DNA of 60,918 nt from an uncultured bacterium (GCA_902796925.1 CADBQW010000052.1:1-60918); one strand, 5' to 3'. Counted from the stretch's first letter, positions 1 to 11,036 are shown. A program made the numbers and translations. The notes: generated from the letters alone by a model not told the origin.

Positions 1-300
1 ATCAACAAATACATACATTAGTATGAAACCCAAAAACATTGAGGTTCCATATACTGTGTAACATTTGAGATATTCTGCTATCATATTTCCCTTTGTTTTA
101 AATACAAAAAATTTATACAATAAATATGCCTGAGTTATTGATATAACATTGCATAACAATCCTAAAAGTAAATAATGTGATTGTCCCAAAATTAACACTA
201 AGGTTGAATACAAGCCAAGCCCAAATAGTGTGTTCCAACCGCCAACAATAAAAAATTTGAGAGATTCAATACTTATTTTAATTGAATTATTATTTTTCAT
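1..300 (-). CDS. GtrA-family membrane protein (N-terminal part; ORF runs off the window start)
   Basis: My own minus-strand translation from the ATG at 300-298 gives MKNNNSIKISIESLKFFIVGGWNTLFGLGLYSTLVLILG...AYLLYKFFVFK. This matches the N-terminal signature of GtrA-like polysaccharide-synthesis membrane proteins. It is missing from the ORF track because no stop codon falls inside the window. Confidence 0.6.
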   Translation of the reverse strand, partial: MKNNNSIKISIESLKFFIVGGWNTLFGLGLYSTLVLILGQSHYLLLGLLCNVISITQAYLLYKFFVFKTKGNMIAEYLKCYTVYGTSMFLGFILMYVFVD

Positions 301-343
301 CAACATTATTGTACCCTAAAAATGTTTACGATAAAATAATTTT

Positions 344-1414
344 ATGAAAAATATTATAAAACTGAATGTCGTTCCGGGTGAATATGCAAGTTTAAATCTT
401 GGTATTTTTGAACTGAAATTTGTTAAATCCTACAAATTTCTTACAAAATTGTTGTCATATAACCTAAAGAAAAACGTATTTTTTCGTCTGGGAACTGATG
501 AATTTTACATACTTAATCGGTTTTATAAAAATTATAAAAAGTTAGATAAAAAGTCCGCATACTATTCACTCACAAAAAATTTAGATGATGACAGTATTAA
601 ATTGATAAACAGCCAATTAAAGAAAATTGGTAAATTATACTCATATAAAAAATTTTTCCCTTATATTAAATTTTTCACAAAGGATGAGGAACAAAAATTA
701 CAAGAAATTGGGACTAATTTTTTTAAAAAGGTCTACAACCCGGAACCGGGTGTTTGGCAATATAATAATTACAAACTGCCGTATAATCATTTTGAAGCAA
801 GTGTTTTATATTATAAACACGGAATTGATTGTCTCCAAAATTTAAATAAAATAACGAATTCAGATATCATCGATGCAGGAGGTTTTATTGGGGATTCTGC
901 AATTGTATTAAGCGATTATACAAAAGGAAACATATATTCTTTTGAATGCTGTTCCAATCAGTTTAATCTTATGAAAAGGACAATCCAACTGAATAACCGT
1001 TCTAACATTGTTCCGGTAAAATTGGGTTTGGGGGATAATGAAGGTTCCACAGAAATAAATATCTTAGATGATATGTTTTCGGGTAACTATGTTTCGGAGA
1101 GTAAAAATCCCGGCTCAAAAGAAAAAATTAATATTACAACTGTTGATAAATTTGTGGAAGAAAACAATCTGAAAGTAGGACTTATAAAATCAGATATAGA
1201 AGGCATGGAACAAAAAATGTTAAAAGGTGCTATTAACACAATTAAAAAATATAAGCCTGCTTTGATTATTAGCATCTATCACAATGCAGATGATTATTTT
1301 TACATAAAACCCTGGCTCGAATCTTTAAATCTCGGATATACATTCAAAATCAACAAGCCGTTTGACGGATCAATAATAAATGAAACCTGCCTTATTGCAG
1401 AAGTTGTTGAGTAA
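344..1414 (+). CDS. FkbM-family SAM-dependent methyltransferase
   Basis: 356-aa ORF with a DAGGFIGDS glycine-rich SAM loop and an IKSDIEGME block typical of FkbM-type methyltransferases. It is clustered with GT2 and GtrA genes. Confidence 0.7.
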   Translation: MKNIIKLNVVPGEYASLNLGIFELKFVKSYKFLTKLLSYNLKKNVFFRLGTDEFYILNRFYKNYKKLDKKSAYYSLTKNLDDDSIKLINSQLKKIGKLYSYKKFFPYIKFFTKDEEQKLQEIGTNFFKKVYNPEPGVWQYNNYKLPYNHFEASVLYYKHGIDCLQNLNKITNSDIIDAGGFIGDSAIVLSDYTKGNIYSFECCSNQFNLMKRTIQLNNRSNIVPVKLGLGDNEGSTEINILDDMFSGNYVSESKNPGSKEKINITTVDKFVEENNLKVGLIKSDIEGMEQKMLKGAINTIKKYKPALIISIYHNADDYFYIKPWLESLNLGYTFKINKPFDGSIINETCLIAEVVE

Positions 1415-1417
1415 CAA

Positions 1418-2458
1418 TTACTTTATGAAATTTTTTATATAAATTTGCAAATTTTCAATCAAAATCCTTGTTTGTATTACGCAATCAAATAGAAATTTAT
1501 TTTGGTGTTTTAGTGAAAAATACATTATGGGATGTAAAATTCGCAAAACAGTATACCTTAAATTGAATAATATTGACGAGCTGTTGCCTTTTGGAAATGC
1601 AACTTTAAACGTATTTCTGGAATTTATTAATTCGGAAAATTTTTCAAAATACTCATTTTTGTGTTGAGAATCAATTCTTTCATATCCAAATGCACAAAAG
1701 CTTAATGTCAAATGATTGCAATATTCTAAGTCCTTTTCATTAGTAATTTTATCATAAAGTTTTCTGCAATTTGTTATGTAAGATAGATTTCTTCTGTCAG
1801 AAAGAGTTGTTTGAGCCCCTTTGCGCCCTTGTCGGTAATAATACAACGGTTCAGGAATGTAACAAATATTTTTTGTAGCCAGTAATGCACATCTGTGAAA
1901 ATATGTATCTTCCCCAAATAATATGTCCTCAGGAAATTTTATATTATTACTTTCTAATAATTCTCTTTTATAAATTCTATTCCAAACCATTGCATCATCA
2001 AGTATTAATTCTCCATGGAAGAAGGTTTTTTCTTTATGAGAATTCAAAAATTCCACATAATATTGGTTTGAATTAAGCTGATAATCGTTGCCGTTATATA
2101 CTCTATAATATGCACATGATACAATATCAATAGCGCCATCTTGAGTCGCTTGAATCATCTTCTCATACATTTCCGGCGAAACCCAATCGTCACTGTCGAC
2201 AAATCCTATGTACTCACCCTCTGCAACGGCAAGTGCAGAATTTCTGGCTCCGCTATAACCTCTGTTTTCTTGGTTTATAACCTTTATTTTGTTAAATTCT
2301 TTTGTATAATTTTCTATTATCTCAGAAGAATTGTCAGTGCTTCCATCGTTTACAATTATTATCTCATAATCTTTAAAAGTTTGAATGACAATAGAATCCA
2401 GGCACTTCTTAAGATATTTTTCTGTATTATAAACAGGAACAATTATTGAAAGTTTCAT
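1418..2458 (-). CDS. Family 2 glycosyltransferase (GT-A fold)
   Basis: The N-terminus KLSIIVPVYNTEKYLKKCLDSIVIQTFKDYEIIIVNDGSTDNS plus a VDSDD motif is the canonical GT2 signature. Confidence 0.85.
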   Translation of the reverse strand: MKLSIIVPVYNTEKYLKKCLDSIVIQTFKDYEIIIVNDGSTDNSSEIIENYTKEFNKIKVINQENRGYSGARNSALAVAEGEYIGFVDSDDWVSPEMYEKMIQATQDGAIDIVSCAYYRVYNGNDYQLNSNQYYVEFLNSHKEKTFFHGELILDDAMVWNRIYKRELLESNNIKFPEDILFGEDTYFHRCALLATKNICYIPEPLYYYRQGRKGAQTTLSDRRNLSYITNCRKLYDKITNEKDLEYCNHLTLSFCAFGYERIDSQHKNEYFEKFSELINSRNTFKVAFPKGNSSSILFNLRYTVLRILHPIMYFSLKHQNKFLFDCVIQTRILIENLQIYIKNFIK

Positions 2459-2504
2459 AAAATGATTATAACTTGCCGTATAGTTATGTCAAATATATTA
2501 ATAT

Positions 2505-2537
2505 AAAAGCCCCGATTCAATTTGAACCAAGGCTTTT
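2505..2537 (-). terminator. Possible intrinsic terminator downstream of the response-regulator gene
   Basis: Imperfect hairpin AAAAGCC...GGCTTTT with an inner TTCAA/TTGAA pairing, followed on the minus strand by a T-rich stretch. The stem is weak. Confidence 0.35.
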
Positions 2538-2556
2538 ATTTGTCTTAAAATTTTTA

Positions 2557-3312
2557 CTAGTTTATTCTTTGAAACATATAGCCAATTCCACGAGCTGTTA
2601 AGATTAGCTCCGGATTTGCAGGATCCGCTTCGAGTTTTGAACGTAACCTTGAAATATGTACGTCAACAACTCTTGTGTCAATTCTATGATCAGGCGGATA
2701 AGCCCATACATGTTGTAATATTTCGTTTCTCGAAAAAGCTTGACCTGAATTATTAACCAATAATTCTAACAAACTGAATTCCATACCGGTTAAACGAATT
2801 CTTTCATTTTTTCTAAATACTTGTCGTCTTGCTGTATCAATTTTTATATTACCTGTCGTTATAACGTTTTTAGCAACTTTGCCACCGGTTGGAACAGATA
2901 TTTCTCTGTTACTTGTACGTCTTAACACTGCTTTTACACGTGCCTCAAGCTCTTTCGGGCTAAATGGCTTGATTACATAGTCATCAGCGCCCAATTCCAA
3001 ACCCGTGATTCTTTCAGAAACATCACCAAGTGCCGTCAAGATAATTATCGGAACATCAGATGTCCTTCTGATTTCTCTTGTTACACCATAACCATCCATT
3101 TTTGGCATCATTACGTCAAGTACCACCAAATCAGGATTGTGTTTGTTGAATGCATTTACCGCATCTTCCCCGTCTTCGGCTGTATATACGTCGTATCCTG
3201 CCATTTTTAAACGAGTTTCCAGAATCCTTCTGATACTTGCCTCATCATCCGCTAACAAAATTCTAGGACGATCTTCCTGTTGTTCATTAGCCACATCTAC
3301 ATTTTCAGTCAT
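2557..3312 (-). CDS. rpaB: OmpR-family DNA-binding response regulator, RpaB/Ycf27-like
   Basis: The receiver domain reads ILLADDEASIRRILETRLKMAGYDV...DLVVLDVMMPKMDGYGV...DVPIIILTALGDVSERITGLELGADDYVIKPFSPKELEARVKAVLRR, close to cyanobacterial RpaB as I remember it. A C-terminal winged helix (TRVVDVHISRLRSKLE) follows. The family call is firm; the gene symbol is an inference. Confidence 0.85.
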   Translation of the reverse strand: MTENVDVANEQQEDRPRILLADDEASIRRILETRLKMAGYDVYTAEDGEDAVNAFNKHNPDLVVLDVMMPKMDGYGVTREIRRTSDVPIIILTALGDVSERITGLELGADDYVIKPFSPKELEARVKAVLRRTSNREISVPTGGKVAKNVITTGNIKIDTARRQVFRKNERIRLTGMEFSLLELLVNNSGQAFSRNEILQHVWAYPPDHRIDTRVVDVHISRLRSKLEADPANPELILTARGIGYMFQRIN

Positions 3313-3368
3313 TCTTTTAGTTCCTTATATAATAACTAACACTAATTTCTTATATTTATCAATATAGA

Positions 3369-3419
3369 AATATTACAAAACATTTCAAAATTTTAAATTT
3401 TTTGAACATTTGTAATATT
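3369..3419. promoter_or_regulatory. 11-bp perfect inverted repeat with an HLR1-like direct repeat, upstream of the rpaB-like gene
   Basis: AATATTACAAA (3369-3379) and its reverse complement TTTGTAATATT (3409-3419). ATTACAAA-AC-ATTTCAAA (3372-3389) resembles the RpaB HLR1 site. Confidence 0.25.
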
Positions 3420-3509
3420 ACCTTAATATATTTATGTAAAAAAAGCAAGTACTTTTTCGAAATATTTTTAAATATTTTTTAAAATTTTTGCATTAAATAT
3501 AATTTTCAT

Positions 3510-4319
3510 TTAGCGTTCATTGTTGGCTAATGCGCTAAGAATATCACGATAAGTCTCCTCCAGATGGTTGATTCTTACAAGATCATCTTTGCTCATAATG
3601 TCATACTGCTCACGTTTGCTCTGCAGCCACAATATTTCAAATTTAAGCGCCTTTAAAATTCCTTCTTCACATTTATTTGAATTAATTAAAGATGAATCGA
3701 AAATTATTTTTCGTGTTTCAAATCCGGTTATATAAGGTAAATTTTTAAAAAAATCCAAAGATTTCGATGATACATTACCACCGATTACAAATTTTTTACC
3801 TTTTGATTTAATCTTGTTCGAAATATTGTATGCAATGTTCATTAGGGCACCGGAATTGACAAAATCCTTTGTTAGTCCCAATGATTTTGTCATATCAGAG
3901 CGACCAACAATTACACCTTCAATTTGATCGAAATATTCAGAATTAATTATATCTTCAAAATTGTTATACCCGGTTATGGTTTCAATATTGATATAGAACC
4001 CCATATCTGCCCTGTCGGAAGAATCGAATACTCTGTTGAAAGACTCTACAAACTTGTAAAGAGAATACGGCGTTTCAATCATCGGTGCGACAATTCGCTT
4101 TATTCCGAATCTTTTTGCATCGTTCATATCTTTAATTGCCGCACAACCACCAACTTTTAAGGTAAAATTTAATCCGCATTCGCTTGACAGATTCTTAAGC
4201 GCAATTACCTCATCCTCAGTCGCACCTTCATCTTCAAATTCGGCTTTTACACCTATTATATTATAGTTATATTTTAAATCTGTCAGAACAGACTTCAACT
4301 GCTCTTGAATATTACTCAT
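3510..4319 (-). CDS. HpcH/HpaI-type aldolase / PEP-utilising TIM-barrel family protein
   Basis: The blocks AEFEDEG, VAPMIETP, INIETITG and VGRSDMTKSLGL match the HpcH/HpaI aldolase pattern. The start is set at the second ATG (MSNIQ), which follows a GGGAGA Shine-Dalgarno sequence. The ORF track starts 12 nt further upstream at 4331. Confidence 0.5.
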   Translation of the reverse strand: MSNIQEQLKSVLTDLKYNYNIIGVKAEFEDEGATEDEVIALKNLSSECGLNFTLKVGGCAAIKDMNDAKRFGIKRIVAPMIETPYSLYKFVESFNRVFDSSDRADMGFYINIETITGYNNFEDIINSEYFDQIEGVIVGRSDMTKSLGLTKDFVNSGALMNIAYNISNKIKSKGKKFVIGGNVSSKSLDFFKNLPYITGFETRKIIFDSSLINSNKCEEGILKALKFEILWLQSKREQYDIMSKDDLVRINHLEETYRDILSALANNER

Positions 4320-4420
4320 AAATTCTCCCATTTAGGCATGGTAAAAATAAAATAACTCAATTAACTATTGATTTCAACAATTTAAATTAAAATTTAAAAA
4401 ATTTTTACATTACGAATTTA

Positions 4421-5785
4421 TTAGTAACGCTCTAAGTATTTATCTAATTCCCATTTTGATACATATGTTCTAAACGAATCCCACTCTTTTCGTTTTGCAG
4501 ACATAAATTCGCTGAACATGTGTTCTCCCAAAGCCGCACGAGCAACCAACGATTTATCGAATGCTTCGAGCGCTTCTGACAGGTCACCCGGTAAGGCTTC
4601 AATTCGCTGTTTTTTTCGTTCGCGAGATGTTAATTTGTAAATGTTACTCTCAACCGGAGCCGGCGGATCAATCTTATTGCGGACACCATCAAGGCATGCC
4701 TCCAGTATTGCTGCAAATGCAATGTACGGATTGCATGCAGGATCCGGAGACCTCAATTCAACACGAGTCGAACTGCCCCGTTTTGCCGGAACCCTTAAAA
4801 GGGCACTTCTGTTTGCTAGTGACCATGCCAGATAAACCGGGGCTTCATATCCCGGAACAAGCCGCTTAAAACTATTAACTGTAGGGTTTAAGACTGCGGT
4901 TATACTCTTTATGTGTTTTAATAGTCCGCCTATTGAATATTTTGCAACATCTGATAGCTGATACTCGGATTTTTCATCGTAAAATGCATTTTTTCCATCC
5001 TTAAATATAGAAATATTACAATGCATTCCGGAGCCGTTTATTCCAAATATTGGTTTTGGCATGAATGTAGCATGCAAATTGTGCTTTGCGGCGATTGCCT
5101 TAACTGCAATTCTGAAGGTTGCAACATTATCCGCCGTAGTAAGCAGGTCAGCATATTTAAAGTCAATTTCGTGTTGACCGTCAGCAACCTCATGATGTGA
5201 AGCCTCAATATCGAAGCCCATTTGTTTCAAAGTCAAAACAATATCTGCACGAACGTCTTCCCCAAGATCTTTAGGTCCGACATCGTAGTAACCGGCCTTG
5301 TCTTGAGTTGTAGTTGTAACTTTTCCTTCAGAATCTTTTGCAAATAAGAAAAATTCAGCCTCAGGCCCCATATTCATTGTGAAACCAAGTTTTTCTGCCT
5401 CCTTCATAATCCTTTTTAAATTACATCTAGGACACCCTTCAAACGGTGTTCCGTCTGAGTTATAAATATCGCATATCAAACGCGCGGTATTCACTCCGTA
5501 ACATTCCCCCCATGGCAACACTTCAAAAGTATTTATATCCGGGAAAAAGAACATGTCAGAAGTTTCTATACTCCTAAAACCCTTAATAGACGAACCATCA
5601 AGCATGATTTCGTTGTTTAATATCTTGTCTATATGTTCTGATGGTATCGTTAAATTTTTTACCAAACCGTTTATGTCAACAAATTGAAGATTTATAAACG
5701 CGATGGATTTTTCTTCTATTATCTTTTTAATATCTTCCTTTGTAAATTCTCTATTATCTAATCTTTTGTAACTAAAATTTGACAT
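4421..5785 (-). CDS. glnA: Glutamine synthetase, type I
   Basis: 454 aa with beta-grasp and catalytic-domain motifs (FFPDINTF, GPEAEFFLF, NGSGMHCNISI, NPYIAFAAIL). Confidence 0.92.
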   Translation of the reverse strand: MSNFSYKRLDNREFTKEDIKKIIEEKSIAFINLQFVDINGLVKNLTIPSEHIDKILNNEIMLDGSSIKGFRSIETSDMFFFPDINTFEVLPWGECYGVNTARLICDIYNSDGTPFEGCPRCNLKRIMKEAEKLGFTMNMGPEAEFFLFAKDSEGKVTTTTQDKAGYYDVGPKDLGEDVRADIVLTLKQMGFDIEASHHEVADGQHEIDFKYADLLTTADNVATFRIAVKAIAAKHNLHATFMPKPIFGINGSGMHCNISIFKDGKNAFYDEKSEYQLSDVAKYSIGGLLKHIKSITAVLNPTVNSFKRLVPGYEAPVYLAWSLANRSALLRVPAKRGSSTRVELRSPDPACNPYIAFAAILEACLDGVRNKIDPPAPVESNIYKLTSRERKKQRIEALPGDLSEALEAFDKSLVARAALGEHMFSEFMSAKRKEWDSFRTYVSKWELDKYLERY

Positions 5786-5943
5786 ATATTCCCCTTTTAC
5801 AAAAATAACCTATTCATAATAATTCAAAAACACCAATTTCGTCAAATATCTTCAAGCAACTTTACAAAAAATTTGAAAATTTGTATCATTTATGATAATG
5901 TAGGATACATAAGTAAAAATATAATTTGAAAAGGGGAAATAAT

Positions 5944-6501
5944 ATGATCTCAGTAAACGATTTGAAAACAGGTTTAACTTTAGAATTGGATAACGGTTTG
6001 TGGTCGGTTGTGGAATTTTTACATGTAAAACCCGGCAAAGGTGCAGCTTTTGTCAGATCAAAGTTAAAAAATGTTGTAACCGGTCAAGTTGTTGAAAAAA
6101 CTTTCCGTGCCGGTGAAAAAGTTGCTAAAGCAATGCTGGATAGGCGTGAGATGCAATATTTATACCAAGAAGGTAATGAATACGTTCTTATGGATAATGA
6201 AAACTATGAACAAATTCAAGTATCAAAAGAGGCCATTGGTGATGGTGTTAAATACTTGAAAGAAAATATGGTTGTTCAAGTTATGATGCATGAAGGGAGA
6301 ATTATTGGGGTTGACATTCCGGCACACGTTGTGTTGGAAGTTGTAGATACCCCTCCTTCTGAAAAGGGCAATACTGCTCAAGGTGGTACAAAGCCTGCAA
6401 CTCTTGAGACAGGTGCGGTTGTAAATGTTCCATTCTTTATTTCTAACGGCGATAAAATTCGTGTAGATACAAGAAGTAACGAATATCTTGATCGTGCATA
6501 A
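5944..6501 (+). CDS. efp: Elongation factor P
   Basis: [44 protein letters not shown] is the canonical EF-P N-terminus. The ATG at 5944 is preceded by an AAAGGGGA Shine-Dalgarno sequence. The ORF track's upstream TTG start at 5926 is unlikely. Confidence 0.92.
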   Translation: MISVNDLKTGLTLELDNGLWSVVEFLHVKPGKGAAFVRSKLKNVVTGQVVEKTFRAGEKVAKAMLDRREMQYLYQEGNEYVLMDNENYEQIQVSKEAIGDGVKYLKENMVVQVMMHEGRIIGVDIPAHVVLEVVDTPPSEKGNTAQGGTKPATLETGAVVNVPFFISNGDKIRVDTRSNEYLDRA

Positions 6502-6623
6502 CAATTTTAGAAATATTAATATATTGATTTTGTTATAAATACTCGCCTACAGCTCCGTTATTGTTTCAAAATAAGTATATTCCTATTTCTTTCGTACAAC
6601 AATTTAGTAATGAAAGGCATTAA

Positions 6624-7073
6624 ATGAAATTTGATATAGAATACATAGAAAAATTGGCTAAAGTATTAACAGACTCCTCTTTGACTGAAATCTCACTGGA
6701 AGACGGTGATACTGCCGTGACAATACGGAAGGATTCTCCCGTTGCGATTCCGCCGGTACCGGTTACTGCATCAGTTGTAGGAGGTACACCTTCAGTTGCA
6801 ACAACTGTTGAGTCTGAGGTAAAGTCTGAATCTCATAGAGGTAACCCTATTACCTCACCTATTGTTGGGACTTTTTACTGTGCTCCGTCACCAAATGACG
6901 ATCCGTTTGTGAAAGTTGGTGATGAGATTCAAAAGGGTACAAAAGTTTGTATTATTGAAGCTATGAAATTGATGAATGAAATAGAATCGGATTTCAGTGG
7001 CAAAATTACAGAAATATGCGTATCTGACGGGCAACCCGTTGAATATGGACAAGTTTTAATGTATGTGGAGTAG
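6624..7073 (+). CDS. accB: Acetyl-CoA carboxylase biotin carboxyl carrier protein
   Basis: Biotinyl-lysine motif [12 protein letters not shown] in a 149-aa protein, located immediately upstream of accC. Confidence 0.9.
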   Translation: MKFDIEYIEKLAKVLTDSSLTEISLEDGDTAVTIRKDSPVAIPPVPVTASVVGGTPSVATTVESEVKSESHRGNPITSPIVGTFYCAPSPNDDPFVKVGDEIQKGTKVCIIEAMKLMNEIESDFSGKITEICVSDGQPVEYGQVLMYVE

Positions 7074-7151
7074 ATGACAGGAAGATTAGAAGGTAATGGT
7101 ATAAGATAAATTACCATAAATTACAAACCTTCGAGTTTTCAAGGGATAAAT

Positions 7152-8504
7152 ATGTTTAAGAAAGTATTAATAGCAAATCGCGGTGAAATCGCGGTAAGAA
7201 TAATAAGAGCTTGTAGAGAAATCGGAATTCCTACCGTTGCAATATACTCACAAGCTGACAGTAACTCACTTCATGTAAGGCTTGCAACGGAGGCTTATTG
7301 TATAGGACCTGCCAAAAGTTCTGAAAGCTACTTAAATATACCGGCAATAATGTCGGCTGCGGTAGTTTCCGGTGCAGATGCAATACATCCGGGATATGGC
7401 TTTATGTCTGAACGTGCCGATTTTGCTGAAATCTGCGAAAAACACGGTATTAAATTTATTGGCCCTTCAGCAAATGCGATGCGTAAAATGGGTGACAAAG
7501 CTACAGCACGTCAAACTATGATAGAAAATGATGTCCCGGTTACACCGGGTACCGGAATAATGAAAACAGAAAAAGAAGTAAAAGAATTTGCTAAAAAAGT
7601 CGGTTATCCTATCATATTAAAGGCCACTGCTGGCGGCGGCGGCAAAGGGATGAGAATTTGTAACAACGATGAGGAAGTTGATTCAAATATGCCTCTTTGT
7701 CAGCAGGAAGCTCAAAATTTCTTTGGTAATCCTGATGTTTATGCCGAAAAATTTCTCGTTAATCCAAGACATATAGAAGTTCAAATACTTGCCGATTCTT
7801 TTGGTAATGTTGTACATTTGGGAGAAAGAGATTGTTCTATCCAAAGACGCCATCAAAAACTTTTGGAAGAGGCTCCATCTCCTGCCATAGATGAAAAAAC
7901 AAGAAACGAAATGGGCGCTGCTGCAGTTCGTGCTGCTAAAGCTATAAATTATGAGGGTGCAGGCACTTGCGAATTCTTGCTTGATCACGACGGAAAATGG
8001 TATTTCATGGAAATGAATACAAGGATACAGGTCGAACATTGTGTAACCGAAATGATTTCAAATGTAGATTTGGTTCGCGAACAAATTATGGTTGCGGCAG
8101 GTAACAAGCTTGATTTTACGCAAGATGACATAATGCTTAGAGGGCATGCCATAGAGTGCCGTATCAATGCAGAAAATCCCGATAAAGATTTTATGCCGAA
8201 TCCGGGCAAAATAACAGGGTATGTTACACCGGGTGGTTTTGGTGTAAGAGTTGATTCTCACGTATATCAAGACTATTCAATACCCCCATATTACGATTCT
8301 ATGATAGGTAAGCTTATTTGTTGGGGCAGAACAAGAAATGAAGCTAGAAGAAGAATGTACCGTGCTCTTAAAGAATATGTTATAACAGGTATCGAAACAA
8401 CACTTCCTTTCCATCAGTCAATTATAGAGGATGAAGTGTTTATTTCAGGCAACTTTAATACCGGATTTATAGAAGATTTTTATAGGCGAAAAGGTAAAAA
8501 ATAA
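7152..8504 (+). CDS. accC: Acetyl-CoA carboxylase biotin carboxylase subunit
   Basis: [20 protein letters not shown], an ATP-grasp GGGGKGMR loop and [10 protein letters not shown]. Confidence 0.95.
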   Translation: MFKKVLIANRGEIAVRIIRACREIGIPTVAIYSQADSNSLHVRLATEAYCIGPAKSSESYLNIPAIMSAAVVSGADAIHPGYGFMSERADFAEICEKHGIKFIGPSANAMRKMGDKATARQTMIENDVPVTPGTGIMKTEKEVKEFAKKVGYPIILKATAGGGGKGMRICNNDEEVDSNMPLCQQEAQNFFGNPDVYAEKFLVNPRHIEVQILADSFGNVVHLGERDCSIQRRHQKLLEEAPSPAIDEKTRNEMGAAAVRAAKAINYEGAGTCEFLLDHDGKWYFMEMNTRIQVEHCVTEMISNVDLVREQIMVAAGNKLDFTQDDIMLRGHAIECRINAENPDKDFMPNPGKITGYVTPGGFGVRVDSHVYQDYSIPPYYDSMIGKLICWGRTRNEARRRMYRALKEYVITGIETTLPFHQSIIEDEVFISGNFNTGFIEDFYRRKGKK

Positions 8505-8525
8505 TTTTAGTGATACAATCAAGTA

Positions 8526-9629
8526 ATGAAGTTACTCAATCTTAGACTCACAAATTATAGAAATTGTGCGGATTTGTCAATTGAGACCGCTAGTTCGAAG
8601 ATATTAATTATTGGCAAGAATGCCCAAGGTAAAACTAATATTCTGGAAAGTATTTACTTTCTTTCTGCTCTCAAAAGTCCAAGGACTTCAAACAACATTG
8701 AATTAATAGAATTCAACCAAGATAAATGCGAAATAGAGGCGGAGATTATAAAAGCAGAAACCTCTATTAATTTGGATTTTTCATATACAAAAGATAAAGT
8801 TCGCGAACTAAAAGTTAACAAAGTCAAAACAAGTCCTAAAGAATTTAAAACAGTTTTAAAGACGGTTCTTTTTTCCGCTGCAGACTTACTCTTGCTAAGA
8901 GGATCGCCGGAAAATCGGAGAGATTGGTTAGATAGGGCTATTACTCAGATCTACCCTGCATATGATGAGAGGCTTTCCAAGTATGAAAAAATTAGAATTC
9001 AAAAGAACAATTTTCTCAAAAACTGCCTTAAGACAGGAATTTATAACGATGATTTGTTAGAGGTTTTTAACGAACAACTGGTTATCACCGGAAGTAACAT
9101 TATATACCTTAGAAAGAAATTTCTCAAGGAAATAGAAAATATTGCAAGAAAAAAACATGCAAATATTAGTGAAAACGAGGAATTGCAACTTGAATATAAT
9201 TGTTCATTTTTGAATGGTGAAAATGAAATTGATGAAATTGCATCTGCCTTCAAAAATTCACTCTATGAACGAAAGGTTGAGGAACAACGTAGGGGACAGG
9301 CATGCGTTGGTCCTCACAGGGATGACATTGTTTTTTATATTAACGGTAACGATGCCTCAAAATTTGCCTCTCAAGGGCAGCAAAGAACAATAGTTCTGGC
9401 TTTGAAACTTTCTGAGTTGGATATAATTACAGACAAGACAGGCGATGAACCGATACTTTTACTTGATGATGTTTTAGCTGAACTTGATGATATCAGGCAG
9501 AATTATCTGTTAAAATCCATAAAACCGGAAATTCAAACTATAATAACCTCTGTAGATACGCTGCTTTTTGATCAAGAATTTCTTGATAGCGTTATAATTT
9601 TCAATATTGAACAGGGAAGATTAATATAA
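8526..9629 (+). CDS. recF: DNA replication and repair protein RecF
   Basis: N-terminal LRLTNYRNC...IIGKNAQGKTNILESIYFLS Walker A motif, a SQGQQRT signature and a LLLDDVLAELD Walker B motif. Confidence 0.9.
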   Translation: MKLLNLRLTNYRNCADLSIETASSKILIIGKNAQGKTNILESIYFLSALKSPRTSNNIELIEFNQDKCEIEAEIIKAETSINLDFSYTKDKVRELKVNKVKTSPKEFKTVLKTVLFSAADLLLLRGSPENRRDWLDRAITQIYPAYDERLSKYEKIRIQKNNFLKNCLKTGIYNDDLLEVFNEQLVITGSNIIYLRKKFLKEIENIARKKHANISENEELQLEYNCSFLNGENEIDEIASAFKNSLYERKVEEQRRGQACVGPHRDDIVFYINGNDASKFASQGQQRTIVLALKLSELDIITDKTGDEPILLLDDVLAELDDIRQNYLLKSIKPEIQTIITSVDTLLFDQEFLDSVIIFNIEQGRLI

Positions 9630-9668
9630 AAATTTTTCTTTGATATAATCTAATAAAAAGGGATAATA

Positions 9669-11036
9669 ATGTTTGACAATTTAAGTGAAAAATTAAGAAA
9701 TATAGTTAGAGAAAAAGAACTTACTCAAGAAAACATGCAAGATGTTTTGAGAGAAATTAGGCGTGCACTTTTGGATGCAGATGTAAATTTGAGAGTAGTA
9801 AAAAGTTTCGTTGCATCTATTAGAGAAAAAGCTGAGGGTGAATCAATTGTGCAAGGGGTAGATGCCTCTCAGCAGTTAATTAAGATTGTCCATGATGAAC
9901 TTGTGAAATTATTGGGTAAGGAGCTACAACCGCTAGATCTTAGCGGACATCCAAACATAATTATGATGTTAGGATTGCAGGGGTCAGGAAAAACTACATC
10001 CTCAGCAAAACTTGCCGTAAAATTAAAAAAAGAAGGTCGTCGCCCTTTACTTGTTGCCTGTGACATATATAGACCCGCCGCAATTAGTCAACTCCAAACA
10101 TTGGGTAAAGAAATTGACGTTGAAGTTTTTACTATAAATGAAGAAAAAAATGTTCAAAATATCGTATCTAAAGCGATAGAATATTCAAAAGAAAACGGGT
10201 TTAATACGATAATTCTTGATACGGCAGGTAGGCTTCAGATAGACGTTGATATGATGGCAGAACTTTTGCTCATTGACAGAATTTTTAACCCTCAGGAAAA
10301 ATTGCTTGTCATAGATTCGATGACAGGACAAGAAGCTGTTCATGTCGCAGAAAATTTTGATGCACAACTAAACTTAACAGGATTAATCTTGACAAAACTC
10401 GATGGTGACAGTCGTGGAGGTGCCGCATTAAGCGTTGTTCACTGTACCGGAAAACCAATCAAATTAACCGGTACCGGTGAAAAATTGAACGCATTAGAAG
10501 ATTTTCATCCTGATAGAATAGCAACCCGAATTCTCGGAATGGGCGATATCGTTTCTCTCGTTGAACGTGCTCAGGAAGTTTTTGATGAGAAACAGGCCCT
10601 TGAATTTCAAGAAAAAATGAAAAAGGCGGAATTTTCTTTCAATGATTTTTTAAAAATGCAAAAACAGATGAAAATGTTTGGATCAATGGACCAGATTCTT
10701 GGAATGTTACCTGGGGTTAATATTTCCCAAAGCGATAGAGAAAAAATTTCTCACGAAGGTGAAAAACAATTCAAAAGAATTGAGGTTTTCATCCAAAGTA
10801 TGACCCCTGATGAGAGAGATAATCCTGAACTTATGAACACCAGTCGAAAAAAACGTATAGCAAAAGGTTGCGGAATGGATTTGACAGAAATTAACACATA
10901 TGTCAAACAATTTGAGCAAATGCGCATGATGATGAGGGGAATGAATGATATGAAAGGTATGATGGGAAAACTCTCCGGCAAAATGGGTAAACACGCTATG
11001 AATAAGGCTTTATCCATGATGCGAAGATTTAAATAA
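9669..11036 (+). CDS. ffh: Signal recognition particle protein Ffh
   Basis: N/G domain motifs (LGLQGSGKTTSSAKLA, DTAGRL, TKLDGDSRGGAALS) and a methionine-rich M domain at the C-terminus. Confidence 0.95.
   Translation: MFDNLSEKLRNIVREKELTQENMQDVLREIRRALLDADVNLRVVKSFVASIREKAEGESIVQGVDASQQLIKIVHDELVKLLGKELQPLDLSGHPNIIMMLGLQGSGKTTSSAKLAVKLKKEGRRPLLVACDIYRPAAISQLQTLGKEIDVEVFTINEEKNVQNIVSKAIEYSKENGFNTIILDTAGRLQIDVDMMAELLLIDRIFNPQEKLLVIDSMTGQEAVHVAENFDAQLNLTGLILTKLDGDSRGGAALSVVHCTGKPIKLTGTGEKLNALEDFHPDRIATRILGMGDIVSLVERAQEVFDEKQALEFQEKMKKAEFSFNDFLKMQKQMKMFGSMDQILGMLPGVNISQSDREKISHEGEKQFKRIEVFIQSMTPDERDNPELMNTSRKKRIAKGCGMDLTEINTYVKQFEQMRMMMRGMNDMKGMMGKLSGKMGKHAMNKALSMMRRFK

Noticed and set aside
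5786-5943. NtcA-type (GTA-N8-TAC) site or glutamine riboswitch in the glnA/efp divergent region
   Set aside because: Only an ATGTA-GGA-TACAT palindrome is present, with the wrong spacing for NtcA. I saw no structured leader resembling the glnA RNA motif.
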